64,000 bases of DNA. Source: an uncultured Chthonomonadaceae bacterium (lineage in GTDB: Bacteria > Armatimonadota > Chthonomonadetes > Chthonomonadales > Chthonomonadaceae). The stretch is taken from assembly GCA_963835065.1 (NCBI GenBank), contig CAWIEK010000015.1:87053-151052 (forward strand). Direction: 5' to 3'. The position numbers and the translations under genes are program-made. Shown piece by piece: positions 19,911 through 30,151 of the stretch. Position 1 is the stretch's first letter. Every line of letters starts with the position of its first letter. The notes below the pieces were generated by a model. The model had not been told where the DNA came from. It worked only from the letters and a program-made list of their open reading frames with translations, and ran no database searches.

Positions 19911-21160
19911 AGTACCTATCCGGCGACAGCGCCCCAATATCCAGCGAAGTGGGCGCGTCGGAGAGAAGTTCTGCCATTAGTTTACCTGTAATTGGCGCGA
20001 GGCTGATGCCCATCATGGCGTGTCCCGTCGCCGCGCTGAGATTTTGGTAGCGGGCGAAGCGTCCGATGTAGGGCAGGCCGTCGGGGGAACAGGGGCGCAG
20101 GCCGCTCCAGACGGGCAGATCGCGGAAATCAGCGGGCGTGAAGTCGGGAAAGTAGTTTGGGATCGCTCGTAAAATGCCCTGTACGCGGGATTGGTTGATG
20201 GACATATCCAGTCCGGCAACTTCCATTGTGCCGCCGAAGCGCAGAGTTTGGCCCATCGGCGTGACGGCGACGCGGGCTTCCGTGAGAATGGAGCAAAGTG
20301 TCGGCTGCTGTTTGGGATGCGGCAGGGTGATGCTGTACCCTTTACCGGCCTGCATCGGCAGGTTGATGTTCAGGCCGCGCAGGAGGGACGGCGACCACGA
20401 CCCGCCCGCAATCACGTACTCGTCCGCCGTGACATCGCCCTGCGTGGTTAGCGCGGCGTCAATGCGTTCCCGCGCTGCTGCGCCAGCCCGTCACTTCGGT
20501 TGACCACGCGAAACACGCGCCGTTTTGCTGTAGTTCCTGCGTCAGTCTCGCCAGCAGTTTTCCCGGCGACAGGTGGCAGTCCTGCGGAAAATAAATCGCG
20601 CCGGCCACGTCCATGCGTATAGCGGGATCATGCTGCGCGGTTTGTTCGCGGTTCAGGACTTCGGCGGGCAAGCCGAGTTCCCGCGCCTGTTCCGCGACAT
20701 GCGCTTCCTCGTGCAGCGTTTGCTCCGACTTGCACAGCATCAGCAGGCCCTTTTGCACCAGTTCAAACGGATTGCCCCATTGCGCGGCCAGTTCCTCGTA
20801 ACACGCGCGGCTGGCAAGATTGAGATCGCGCAGCAGGGGCGCGGAACGGGAAACGTGGGCGGCATTTGCGCTGCGGACAAATGCCATGCCCCACCGCATC
20901 AAATCGCGGTCAAGGCGCGGGCGGATGTAAAAGGGGCTTTGCGGCTTGAGCATCATGCGCAGGCCAAGCGATACCATGCCCGGCGCGGCCAGAGGAATGA
21001 AATGTGAGGGCACAATCATGCCCGCATTGCCGAGCGAACAGGCGTCATGGTCAGGATTGCCGCGCTCCAAAATGGTGACGCGATGCCCCGCCTGCATAGC
21101 ATAATACGCCGTACACAGCCCGATAACGCCGCCCCCGACAATGCAGATAGATTTCGACAT
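19909..21160 (-). CDS. FAD-dependent D-amino acid dehydrogenase, probable D-hydroxyproline dehydrogenase (frameshift near 20470)
   Basis: IVGGGVIG, SLGNAG, GKGYS, WSGLRPCSPDGLP, GHAMMG; operon context. Confidence 0.85.
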
Positions 21161-21168
21161 AGAATATA

Positions 21169-22101
21169 TTAGATGCCCCAACAGAAAGGGTCGTCAGGGT
21201 TGAAAATCAGGGTTGCCTCGGCGTTGACATAGGCGGAGCCGCGAATAGTCGGAATTAATGTATCGCCTTCCACGCGGATACTGCCCTCGAACACGCTGCC
21301 GATAATGCTTTCCTGCCGCCAGATTTCGCCTTCGCGTAATTTGCCGTCCGCGTACAGGCAGGCCAGTTTCGCGCTTGTGCCCGTGCCGCAGGGCGAGCGG
21401 TCATACGCTTTGCCGGGACAAAGGACGAAGTTACGGCTGTCTGCGTCGGGAGTATCCGAGGGCGCGAACAGTTCGATGTGGTCAATTTCCTGCCCGTCGC
21501 GCCCCGTAATTCCCTGCGCCGACAACGCCTGCCGTATGCGCCAGGTGAAATCCGTCAGGGCTTCGACGTTGCGCAACGTTAATTCCTGTCCGTGTTCCTC
21601 CACCAGAAAAAACCAGTTGCCGCCCCACGCCACATCGCCGCGAAGAACGCCGATGCCTTCCACAACGACATTGACGCCTTTTGCATAACGGTAAGCGGGC
21701 ACATTCTCAACGGAAACGTCGCCTGCCTCGTGCAGCGTGGCCGTGACAATGCCGACCGGGGTTTCAATACGGTATGTACCCGGAGTGAGGTGTTTACAAT
21801 ACGCAAGCGTGACCACAACGCCAATCGTGCCATGCCCACACATGCCTAAGTAACCGACGTTATTGAAGAAAATCACTCCAAATTCGCAGTCGGGTTCTTG
21901 CGTTTCGGCGAACAGTGCGCCCACCAGCACATCGGAACCGCGCGGCTCATTAACGACGGCAGCGCGAAAGCGGTCATGCTGCGTTTGAAACACGCGCATT
22001 TTTTCCGCAACGCTGCCGCCGCCCAAATCCGGCCCGCCGTCCACAACCACCCGCGTCGGTTCCCCACCAGTATGCGAATCTATTACAGAGACTTTGTTCA
22101 T
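21169..22101 (-). CDS. 4-hydroxyproline 2-epimerase (proline racemase family)
   Basis: [18 protein letters not shown] and DRSPCGTGT (both catalytic Cys present). Confidence 0.92.
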   Translation of the reverse strand: MNKVSVIDSHTGGEPTRVVVDGGPDLGGGSVAEKMRVFQTQHDRFRAAVVNEPRGSDVLVGALFAETQEPDCEFGVIFFNNVGYLGMCGHGTIGVVVTLAYCKHLTPGTYRIETPVGIVTATLHEAGDVSVENVPAYRYAKGVNVVVEGIGVLRGDVAWGGNWFFLVEEHGQELTLRNVEALTDFTWRIRQALSAQGITGRDGQEIDHIELFAPSDTPDADSRNFVLCPGKAYDRSPCGTGTSAKLACLYADGKLREGEIWRQESIIGSVFEGSIRVEGDTLIPTIRGSAYVNAEATLIFNPDDPFCWGI

Positions 22102-22186
22102 GTTTGTCTTCCAAGTAACAAATCCTTTAGGGCAGATTGTTACATAAACGCGATTGTTCGGAGTGACCTTGCTCCGCAAGTGGATG

Positions 22187-22337
22187 CTGAACCATGATTT
22201 ATGTGATTAGAATGATTACCATGATCTCAGGAAGCGCGCTCCTCTGTTTGAATTATGATGTGACTGATGAGAGGATTGCCATGATGAAGACCAGCCCAAT
22301 CATGGCAATCATCCTAATCACATAAATCATGGTTCAG
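22187..22337. repeat. ATGATT-periodic inverted repeat, copy B
   Basis: CTGAACCATGATTTATGTGATTAG and its mirror; supplies the DapA-family gene stop. Confidence 0.88.
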
Positions 22338-23238
22338 ACAAAAGTGGTCGCGTCTCAACCCCGTGCCGAATAAGTTGCAACACTGACTCGCGCTCTTCGC
22401 CCGCAAGCGGCAGGCGGGGAGCGCGTACCCATTCCTGCCCCATGCCGACTTCCTGCAAGGCGAGTTTGATCTTTTGCACGAAATGCGGACCGATGTCTAA
22501 TGTCATCAGGGGCAGGAACCAGCGCCACAGTTCCCGCGCCTTGTCCCACTCGCCCGCTTGCATCAAGTCCCACAAATGGGCGTTTTCGCGGGGAAAGGCC
22601 AGCCCCACGCCCGCAATCCAGCCCACCGCGCCCAACAGGGTACACTCCAGCGCCAGCGTGTCTACGCCGCCGAAAATCGCGTAACGATCTCCGACGGTAT
22701 TGAACAATTCGGTAATGCGCGTGGTGTCGGCGGACGATTCTTTGATGGCGACCAGATTTTCCACTTCCGCCAGTTCCGCGAACATCTTGGGCGTTACGTC
22801 CACATGGTAGCCGATAGGATTGTTGTATACGATGATGGGCAGGGAGGTTGCAGAAGCGACGGCGCGAAAATGCGCGGCGGTTTCGCGGGCATCGGCCTTG
22901 TACACCATTGCCGGCAGCACCATTACGCCGTCTGCGCCCAGGCGTTCCATGTCCCGAACATACGCGCAGGCGGCTGCCGTCGAGTTTTCCGCCACGCCGC
23001 TCAACACGGGTACGCGCTTATCAACGACGGAAATCGCCATACGCATCACGTCGCGCTTTTCTTCCGGCGCAAGCGTTTGGTTCTCGCCCAACGAGCCGCA
23101 CATTACAATGCCATGTATGCCCGATTGAATGAGAATTTCCAGATGCTTCGCGGTGGCGTCCAAATCAAGCGATTGGTCTGCTTTTAACTGCGTGGTTGCG
23201 GCGGGAAATACGCCTTTCCAGTGTGTTGTTTGAGTCAT
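22327..23238 (-). CDS. DapA family, probable delta1-pyrroline-4-hydroxy-2-carboxylate deaminase
   Basis: WKGVFPAATTQ, GSLGEN, YNNP, IKESS; upstream of the Hyp epimerase. Confidence 0.85.
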   Translation of the reverse strand: MTQTTHWKGVFPAATTQLKADQSLDLDATAKHLEILIQSGIHGIVMCGSLGENQTLAPEEKRDVMRMAISVVDKRVPVLSGVAENSTAAACAYVRDMERLGADGVMVLPAMVYKADARETAAHFRAVASATSLPIIVYNNPIGYHVDVTPKMFAELAEVENLVAIKESSADTTRITELFNTVGDRYAIFGGVDTLALECTLLGAVGWIAGVGLAFPRENAHLWDLMQAGEWDKARELWRWFLPLMTLDIGPHFVQKIKLALQEVGMGQEWVRAPRLPLAGEERESVLQLIRHGVETRPLLSEP

Positions 23239-23248
23239 AGTGGTTGTT

Positions 23249-23983
23249 TTACTGGGGTTGTTTGCTCGTTTGCGGCGGCGATTTCGGTTCGCCCCATACC
23301 TGAACCATCAGCCGATAGCCTGTGGGGTCATGCTGCGCCAATTCCTGCCGCGTGAACGGGTAAAAGTCGTTTTTGCCGAAATAGGCTTCCGACAGTTCCG
23401 CGAAATACTCTTCGGCGTTGGTGGCGGCATAAGCCTTGCGCTTGCCGCCGTGAACGTAGGCTACTAAATCATACCGTTTTTCGCGCATTGCCTGCGCATA
23501 GGCGTCCTGAACGCCCGAAAAATGTTCGCCAAGCGTTAGAAAACGATACGCATGCGCCAGTTCGTGCAGCAGCATCCAGGGCTGTTCGTTATGCGACCAT
23601 TGTATGAAGTGCGCGGCATTAGAAATTTCCACGCACCCGGCTTTGTCCGGGTTGTAGCCATGTTCCCGCAGCCATTGCGCGGACGGATGGAACTCCGCCG
23701 CGCCGTCTTTGCGGTTCTCCCATTCCAGCCAGATTTTCACCTTATGCAAAGCGCTCAAAGGCTTATCCGGCACGACGCCGTTGATTGCCTTCAACTGCGC
23801 GGCCAGTTCCGCAAACGCCGCTTTCGCGCCCTCTGTATGGGTTTCCAATTCAGGATTGATCAGAACGGTAAATCCCTCCACCTGCCGCCGTTTATAAGCG
23901 GAAGTTGGCTCAGAAGCGTTTACGGATGGCAGCCATATAAAGATAGCAGAAAGGCATACTATCAGGCCGAACAAGCAACGCAT
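23249..23983 (-). CDS. secreted zinc metallopeptidase-like protein
   Basis: signal peptide, LLHELAH, YAATNAEEYFAE. Confidence 0.75.
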   Translation of the reverse strand: MRCLFGLIVCLSAIFIWLPSVNASEPTSAYKRRQVEGFTVLINPELETHTEGAKAAFAELAAQLKAINGVVPDKPLSALHKVKIWLEWENRKDGAAEFHPSAQWLREHGYNPDKAGCVEISNAAHFIQWSHNEQPWMLLHELAHAYRFLTLGEHFSGVQDAYAQAMREKRYDLVAYVHGGKRKAYAATNAEEYFAELSEAYFGKNDFYPFTRQELAQHDPTGYRLMVQVWGEPKSPPQTSKQPQ

Positions 23984-24120
23984 CCACTGAATGTTAACCT
24001 TCTGACACCGCATGATGACTCCATTTACACTAAAGGCGCGTGAAAAGTTCATCGCGTAGGGGCTTGATTCATCAAGTCCGTTCTCAGGTAACTATTCAGC
24101 CCCATCTTGGAATTCAAGAT

Positions 24121-24165
24121 TAGCCCCTCTCCCATGCTTTTTGGGAGAGGGGTTGGGGTGAGGGC
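24121..24165. repeat. REP-like element CCCTCACCCCAACCCCTCTCCC...GGGAGAGGG
   Basis: CCCCTCTCCCA/TGGGAGAGGGG hairpin with GGGGTGAGGG tail. Confidence 0.6.
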
Positions 24166-24173
24166 AAGAATTG

Positions 24174-24611
24174 TTACTCCATCGGCGCAGTCGGTACGGT
24201 CAACTTGCGGGCAATCAAGTACAGCACGAATCCGAGCGGGCACAACATGCTGTTGAGGAACAGAATCGGCCCCATCAGCCACACGTTCATGTTATATTTT
24301 CGGCTATCCAGATACACCCATCGCCCGACAAACAGGTCGGCGGCAATAAAGTGCAGCCACGCCAGCGTCGCCCCGGATTCCGAACCCAGCAGGGCGCGGA
24401 TGCCGGGCAGGTTGGGGCGCGTGAACAGGAGCAGGGCAGGCAGGGCGTTGGGAATTTCCAGCACGGCATACGCCAGCATGAATGGCACGACGATCCACAG
24501 CGACGACATGATTTTATGCGTTGTCGGCCACCGGGGCGCGAAAATCATCAGCATCCAGACGGGCAGCACCAACATGCTGAACAGCGAAAAGGCGATCTGG
24601 TAAGCGTTCAC
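24174..24611 (-). CDS. ABA4-like (DUF4281) membrane protein
   Basis: WMLMIFAPRW, WLHFIAADLFVGRW, PLGFVLYL. Confidence 0.85.
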   Translation of the reverse strand: MNAYQIAFSLFSMLVLPVWMLMIFAPRWPTTHKIMSSLWIVVPFMLAYAVLEIPNALPALLLFTRPNLPGIRALLGSESGATLAWLHFIAADLFVGRWVYLDSRKYNMNVWLMGPILFLNSMLCPLGFVLYLIARKLTVPTAPME

Positions 24612-24929
24612 AAGCCTGCTCCTTCCTGAACTTGAACCTTATGGGCAAACCGCTTGAACTTTGCACAATCTGGTGTCCGCAGGACAATTGGCCGCTGGCC
24701 TAACAACCGGATTTTTATAATCCGATTGATACGGACATACCATTATAGGCCGAAGCAGGCGGCAATGTCAAACCGCAGCCCTCGAAACATAGTGAAAAAA
24801 TTAACTTGCCGCGTGTGAAAAATTAACAAGCGGAATAAAAGGAATAACGGTATTCTTTACAGAATACTCTTGTAGCAAGAAAATCAGGGAGTAAACATTG
24901 ACGTTCACTATTGCGGCAGGGAGGCAGAT

Positions 24930-26192
24930 ATGGCGCAAAACGCCCTCAGCGTTGTCACGCGCATCAAAACCGGGGAAACCGACGCGCTGGAAACATTGCT
25001 GGACAAGATCGGCGGGGATGTTCAGCACAATACGCTGGTTCCGTTTCCGAAATTGCAGACGCTTCACTTCGCCTGTTGGGTGGTGCTGAAGCGCGATCTC
25101 AACTTTCCACCATGCCTCGTCCTCGAATGTAATTTCGACGGCGAGCTGGACGCGCATCTCAACGAGTTCGTTGCCTGCGCCCCCGAAGGACTGCGCCAGA
25201 TTTACGCCCATTGCGAAGGTTTTCCCGCCGACGCCGCAACCAACCCGGCGCGAATCAAGCAGTATTTGCTGGAGCATCGGGTTCCCGACGCCGCCTTTTA
25301 CATCGGCTGCTACGGTCAGTCGCTTCCGGCCATACAAAGCGCCCTTGCCGCCCGCCAAAGCATCGAAACCTATTTGGATGGGGAACAAGCATCCGGGCAG
25401 AAATTGCGCGGGCTGGCTCCCACGCAAATCTATGAGCGCATCAAGGCTTATTTCAAAGAGCATCCCGTCGCGCCACCGTTCCACTCTGCCCAGACTTACA
25501 GCAGCCTTGTCACGCGCTCCAAACTCAACATGGCGATTGCCGTTGTCGTGGGCATCCTGCTGCTGCCCCTGCTCCTGCTGTTCCTGCTGTGGTACGTTCC
25601 CACGCTACGCAAATACGAACACCACGACGACACCACCCCCGGCCCACCCCTCGGTGGAGTAGACCCGCGCTTGTTCGGCAAGGAAGACATCTGGGTACAA
25701 AACCACCTGACCACGCTGACCAACATCAAGCCGGGCAAGTTCCGGCTGAACACGCTCAAGGGCGTTCTGTGGATCATCAACCTGCTGGCGAAGACCGTGT
25801 TTATTACGGGACAGTTGGGTGGTATCCCGACGATTCACTTTGCGCGTTGGCTGCTGATTGACAATGACCGCCGCCTGCTGTTCTTCAGTAACTACGACGG
25901 CAGTTGGGCCAGTTATCTGGGCGATTTCGTGGACAAGGCCAATTACGGCCTGACGTCGGTATGGAGCAACACGGATAACTTTCCCACCACGCGCTTTCTG
26001 TTCTTCGGCGGGGCGCAGCACATCGAGGAATTCAAGGCGTGGAGTCGGCGCGGCAACGAGTACGCGGCAGTCTGGTACAGCGCGTATCCCTACGCGAGTG
26101 TGCGCAACATCACTCAGGCGGTACAGATCAGCGAAACGCTGAACGGCAGCCCCAACGAAGCGGAGATCAAGGAATGGCTCAAGAAACTTTAG
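24930..26192 (+). CDS. uncharacterised Dyp-associated protein with an internally duplicated domain and a central TM helix
   Basis: LHFACW...NFDG and IHFARW...NYDG repeats flanking a hydrophobic helix. Confidence 0.8.
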   Translation: MAQNALSVVTRIKTGETDALETLLDKIGGDVQHNTLVPFPKLQTLHFACWVVLKRDLNFPPCLVLECNFDGELDAHLNEFVACAPEGLRQIYAHCEGFPADAATNPARIKQYLLEHRVPDAAFYIGCYGQSLPAIQSALAARQSIETYLDGEQASGQKLRGLAPTQIYERIKAYFKEHPVAPPFHSAQTYSSLVTRSKLNMAIAVVVGILLLPLLLLFLLWYVPTLRKYEHHDDTTPGPPLGGVDPRLFGKEDIWVQNHLTTLTNIKPGKFRLNTLKGVLWIINLLAKTVFITGQLGGIPTIHFARWLLIDNDRRLLFFSNYDGSWASYLGDFVDKANYGLTSVWSNTDNFPTTRFLFFGGAQHIEEFKAWSRRGNEYAAVWYSAYPYASVRNITQAVQISETLNGSPNEAEIKEWLKKL

Positions 26193-27708
26193 GCGGGGGG
26201 AGCGGCGCGGCAAGCGACACCCAACTGCCCCGCGAAGAACTGCCCGACATACAGGGATTGGTGACAAGCGGCTACGGGCATCTCACCTGCTCCAATTTTA
26301 TCTTTCTGCAGATAGACTCGCCGGAACAGGCGCGCGCCGGGTTAAAGCAGCTTCTGCCCTTTATTACCACGTCCGCGTACCGGCCCAGGGGCGAACCCAA
26401 GCCCACCTTCGGCTTCAACATCGCCTTCACGTATGACGGGCTGCGCCTGCTCGGTCTTCCCCCAACTCGCTGGCAATGTTCGCCCGCGAATTTCAGGAGG
26501 GGATGGCAAGCGGTGAGCGCCCCCGCGTCCTCGGCGATACCGGAGACAGCGCGCCCGAATTGTGGGACATGGGCGGGCCGAACAATGAGCCGTTTCATCT
26601 GTTGCTGATGATGTACGCGCAGGATGATACTGTCCTGACCGACGTTCAGAACCGCCTGATGCCGGCGGTACAAACGGGAAATCTGAAAATCGTGTACGAG
26701 CAGAGTACCGGGCGCATCAGCAACAAGGAGCCGTTCGGTTTTGAGGACGGGGTTTCGCAGCCGTTCATTGCGGGCAGTCCGGGCAAATGTACGCCCGGTG
26801 AAACGCCGGTCAATGCGGGTGAGTTTCTGTTCGGCTACCGCAACGGCTACGACACGGTTTCCACCTCGCCAACCGTTCCCGCTTCCGCCGACCCTAACGC
26901 CATTCTGCCCGCGCAGACAAGCGCCGGTTCCAGCGTCCGGGATTTCGGCAGGAACGGCACGTTTCTCATCTACCGCAAAATGGGGCAGAACGTGGACGGC
27001 TTCTGGAATTATGTCAGGTCACAGGCCGCGACATTGGACATGGAACCAACGCAGGACACGACCAACTTCATCGCCGCCAAGATCGTGGGACGCTGGCCGA
27101 GCGGCGCTCCCCTCGTGCTGTCTCCCACGCAGGACAAGCCCGACCTGCGCGACAGCAACGATTTCGCTTATATGACAACCGATGCCGAGGGACTGGCCTG
27201 TCCGATTGGCGCGCATATCCGCCGCGCCAATCCCCGCGATTCGCTATTGCCGAACCCGGCGCGTTCCCATGTCCTGTCCAACCGCCACCGAATCATACGG
27301 CGAGGGCGGCACTTTGAAGATCAGCGCAAGCCCGGCGAAACGTGGAATCCTTCGGGCGTGGAACCGGGGCTGTGCTTCATCTGCCTCAACGCCGACATTC
27401 AGCGCCAATTTGAGTTTGTGCAGCAGACATGGCTGAACAGCACGAAATTCGGCGGCCTGTACGATGAAAAAGACCCGCTCATCGGCGATAATGACGATGG
27501 CAAAGGGCGGCTGACGATACCCGCCAACCCCATACGCACGCGCCTGAACGATATTCCACGCTTTGTGCGAGTGCGGGGCGGGGGCTACTTTTTCATGCCC
27601 GGCGTTCGCGCCCTCCGTTTTCTGGCGGAACTGACGCCGACAGGGACAACAACTCAAACGCCTGCAGGTCAAGCCGCCGCGCCGCCATCCGCCGCCGTCA
27701 ATCTGTAG
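26174..27708 (+). CDS. Dyp-type peroxidase (frameshift near 26465)
   Basis: DIQG, EPFGFEDGVSQP, CPIGAHIRRANPRD, IIRRGR, QFEFVQQTW. Confidence 0.9.
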
Positions 27709-27788
27709 GCCGCAAACCTTATCATTGCGGTTCCGACAAGTACACTACCAACAATCGCAATTTCGACAATGCCACCGGGAGGGGCGTT

Positions 27789-29087
27789 ATGAACATACTT
27801 CATCAGTTATGGCAGGACGCGCTTGCGGAAGAACAAGCGCTGCATCACGAATTGCTGGATTTGAAGGAGAAGTTTACCAAAAAACTGGAAACCATGCTGG
27901 CGCGTCCCGTTCCTCTTCGCGCCCTGTTCAAGCACCTGCGCGAACACGACCCGATTATGGTGGTTCCCGGATTGGCCGTCGTTTCCAAATACGACGACGT
28001 GCTGGAAGTGCTGAAGAACGAGGCTTCGTTTTCGGTGACGGAAATCTATGCCGCCAAAATGGAGCGCGAAACGGGTGACTTTGTACTCGGCATGGGCGAC
28101 ACGCCGCAATACCGCCACGAGCGCGACCTTATGCAGCAGGCGGTTCACGCCAACGACTTAGCCTACATTCAGAACTTTGTCTCCTCAACGGCGGACGCGC
28201 TGGTAAAGACGGCGGAACCGTTCGGGCAGATAGACGCCGTAGGGCATTTTTCCCGCGTTGTGCCGTCGCGTCTGGTGGGCGATTACTTCGGAACGCCGGG
28301 ACCCGACGAAGCCACGCAGATGCGCTGGATGCGCGACATCTTCCGCGATATTTTCCTGAACTTGGGCAACGATGCTGAGATGCAGGAAAAGGCGGTTGCC
28401 GATGGGAAAGCCCTGCGCGATTACATGAACAATCTCATCGCCACGCGCAAAACCGAAATCGCCGCCGATCCTGACCGTTACGACGATTATCTCAGCCGCC
28501 TGCTCAAAATACAGCAGGCACAACCCGGCATCGTGGACGATGATACCATACGCCGCATTCTGGGCGGCACCATCGTCGGCACGGTAGACACCAATTCCAA
28601 AGCCGTGTCTCAGGCGCTCGACCAACTGCTGGATCGCCCGGATGCCCTTGCCGCCGCGCATGAAGCGGCTGTCGCCAACGACGACGCCAAAGTAACGGCC
28701 TACGTGTTTGAGGCGCTGCGCTTCAACCCGCAAAACCCGTTCCTGCTGCGGCATTGCGAACAGGATACCACAGTGGCAAAGGGAACGCCCCGCGAACGTA
28801 CCATTCCCAAAGGCAGTCTTGTGGTTGTGGGCACGACCTCGGCCATGTTCGATGTGGACAAGTTCCCCGACCCCGAAAACTTCCACGCTGACCGTCCCTA
28901 CGCCGATTACATCCATTTCGGGTACGGCAACCATACGTGTTTCGGGCAGCACATGGCCCACATCGTCATTCCGTTCACCGCCAAAAGCCTGCTGCGCAAA
29001 TCCAACCTGCGCCGCGCCCAAACCGACGGCCAAATCGTCTACGATGGCGCGTTCCCTGATCGCTGGCTGCTGGAATTTCACGCTTAA
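27789..29087 (+). CDS. cytochrome P450
   Basis: EALR K-helix, FPDPENF, heme motif FGYGNHTCFG. Confidence 0.93.
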   Translation: MNILHQLWQDALAEEQALHHELLDLKEKFTKKLETMLARPVPLRALFKHLREHDPIMVVPGLAVVSKYDDVLEVLKNEASFSVTEIYAAKMERETGDFVLGMGDTPQYRHERDLMQQAVHANDLAYIQNFVSSTADALVKTAEPFGQIDAVGHFSRVVPSRLVGDYFGTPGPDEATQMRWMRDIFRDIFLNLGNDAEMQEKAVADGKALRDYMNNLIATRKTEIAADPDRYDDYLSRLLKIQQAQPGIVDDDTIRRILGGTIVGTVDTNSKAVSQALDQLLDRPDALAAAHEAAVANDDAKVTAYVFEALRFNPQNPFLLRHCEQDTTVAKGTPRERTIPKGSLVVVGTTSAMFDVDKFPDPENFHADRPYADYIHFGYGNHTCFGQHMAHIVIPFTAKSLLRKSNLRRAQTDGQIVYDGAFPDRWLLEFHA

Positions 29088-29104
29088 CGCTCCCCGCTAA
29101 CGCC

Positions 29105-29150
29105 GAACAGCCTGCTTTTATCGAAGTTTACCGATAAAAGCAGGCTGTTC
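29105..29150. terminator. hairpin between convergent genes
   Basis: GAACAGCCTGCTTTTATCG ... CGATAAAAGCAGGCTGTTC. Confidence 0.7.
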
Positions 29151-29167
29151 TCAGAACAAAATGTCCG

Positions 29168-30139
29168 TTATCGGATCACTTTGCCCTTCACATCCAGAAT
29201 CTCCGTCGCGCAGGTATCGTTGCCAAGCGCGGTCATATTCTTCATCGTCCACACGACTTTTTTGTCTTTGTCGTGTGTCACTTCGATCAACTGCGGATTG
29301 TCCGGGCCGGCGTGAGTGTTGCCAATGACTAAATGGTTGTTCGGCAGCATTTGCAGGCCCGTCACCCAGTACAGATGGATGCCCGGCAGTTCGTTGTAAT
29401 CTACGCTCCACACGATTTCACCGGCTTTGTTCACTTCAATCACGCGGTTGTTGTTGCCGCCGCCGATGAGCGTGTTGCCGTTTTTCAGGCGGATGGCGTT
29501 GAAGACGTTCGTTCCGTGTCCGTCGTGTCCGGGCGTTTCCGGCCTGCCGTTCAAATCCAGTTTGTACGACCACACCACTTTGCCACTCGGATCGTACTCG
29601 CGCACCACGCCGTCGCCCTCATGGCAGGCGAGATAGTTGCCGTTGTCCAGTTTGCGGACGCGGCGCGTGTCGCGGTGTTCGTTGGGATGGTCTACCGTAA
29701 TCGGCGTTTCGTGAACGATTTTGTCGTCCTTGTCCACTTCGATAATGCGCAGGTTGCCCGTTTCCGCCACCATCGTATTGCCGTCTTTCAAACGCTGAAA
29801 GGCATGGATTTGCACGTGGCCGTTGAAGCCTTCTTTGGGCGTGGAAACGTGTTTCCAGACTACGACCTTGCTCGGCGTCATTTCCTCAATAGTCGTATCG
29901 CCGGTGTGAATCAGCACGTTGCCGTTGGGCAGCATCTGAATGTCGTGGGACGTGTAACGGCAGGGAACTTCCCATTCTACATCGCCCTTGTCGTTCAAAA
30001 TCACGACATGGCCTTTGTCCTGCGCCAGTACACGATGCGTCACAGCCGCGTCTTTTTTGTGCGCCGGTTTGGTAAAGCCCAAAGTGGCAGGCAGGAGTAT
30101 GGAAAGAGTAAGCGCGACAGTAAAGCGGCAGATGTTCAT
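29168..30139 (-). CDS. secreted beta-propeller protein (PQQ-like/arylsulfotransferase-like)
   Basis: signal peptide; repeated LxNGNxLI...IEVxxxGxIVW blades. Confidence 0.8.
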   Translation of the reverse strand: MNICRFTVALTLSILLPATLGFTKPAHKKDAAVTHRVLAQDKGHVVILNDKGDVEWEVPCRYTSHDIQMLPNGNVLIHTGDTTIEEMTPSKVVVWKHVSTPKEGFNGHVQIHAFQRLKDGNTMVAETGNLRIIEVDKDDKIVHETPITVDHPNEHRDTRRVRKLDNGNYLACHEGDGVVREYDPSGKVVWSYKLDLNGRPETPGHDGHGTNVFNAIRLKNGNTLIGGGNNNRVIEVNKAGEIVWSVDYNELPGIHLYWVTGLQMLPNNHLVIGNTHAGPDNPQLIEVTHDKDKKVVWTMKNMTALGNDTCATEILDVKGKVIR

Positions 30140-30151
30140 GGATGAGTCCTT

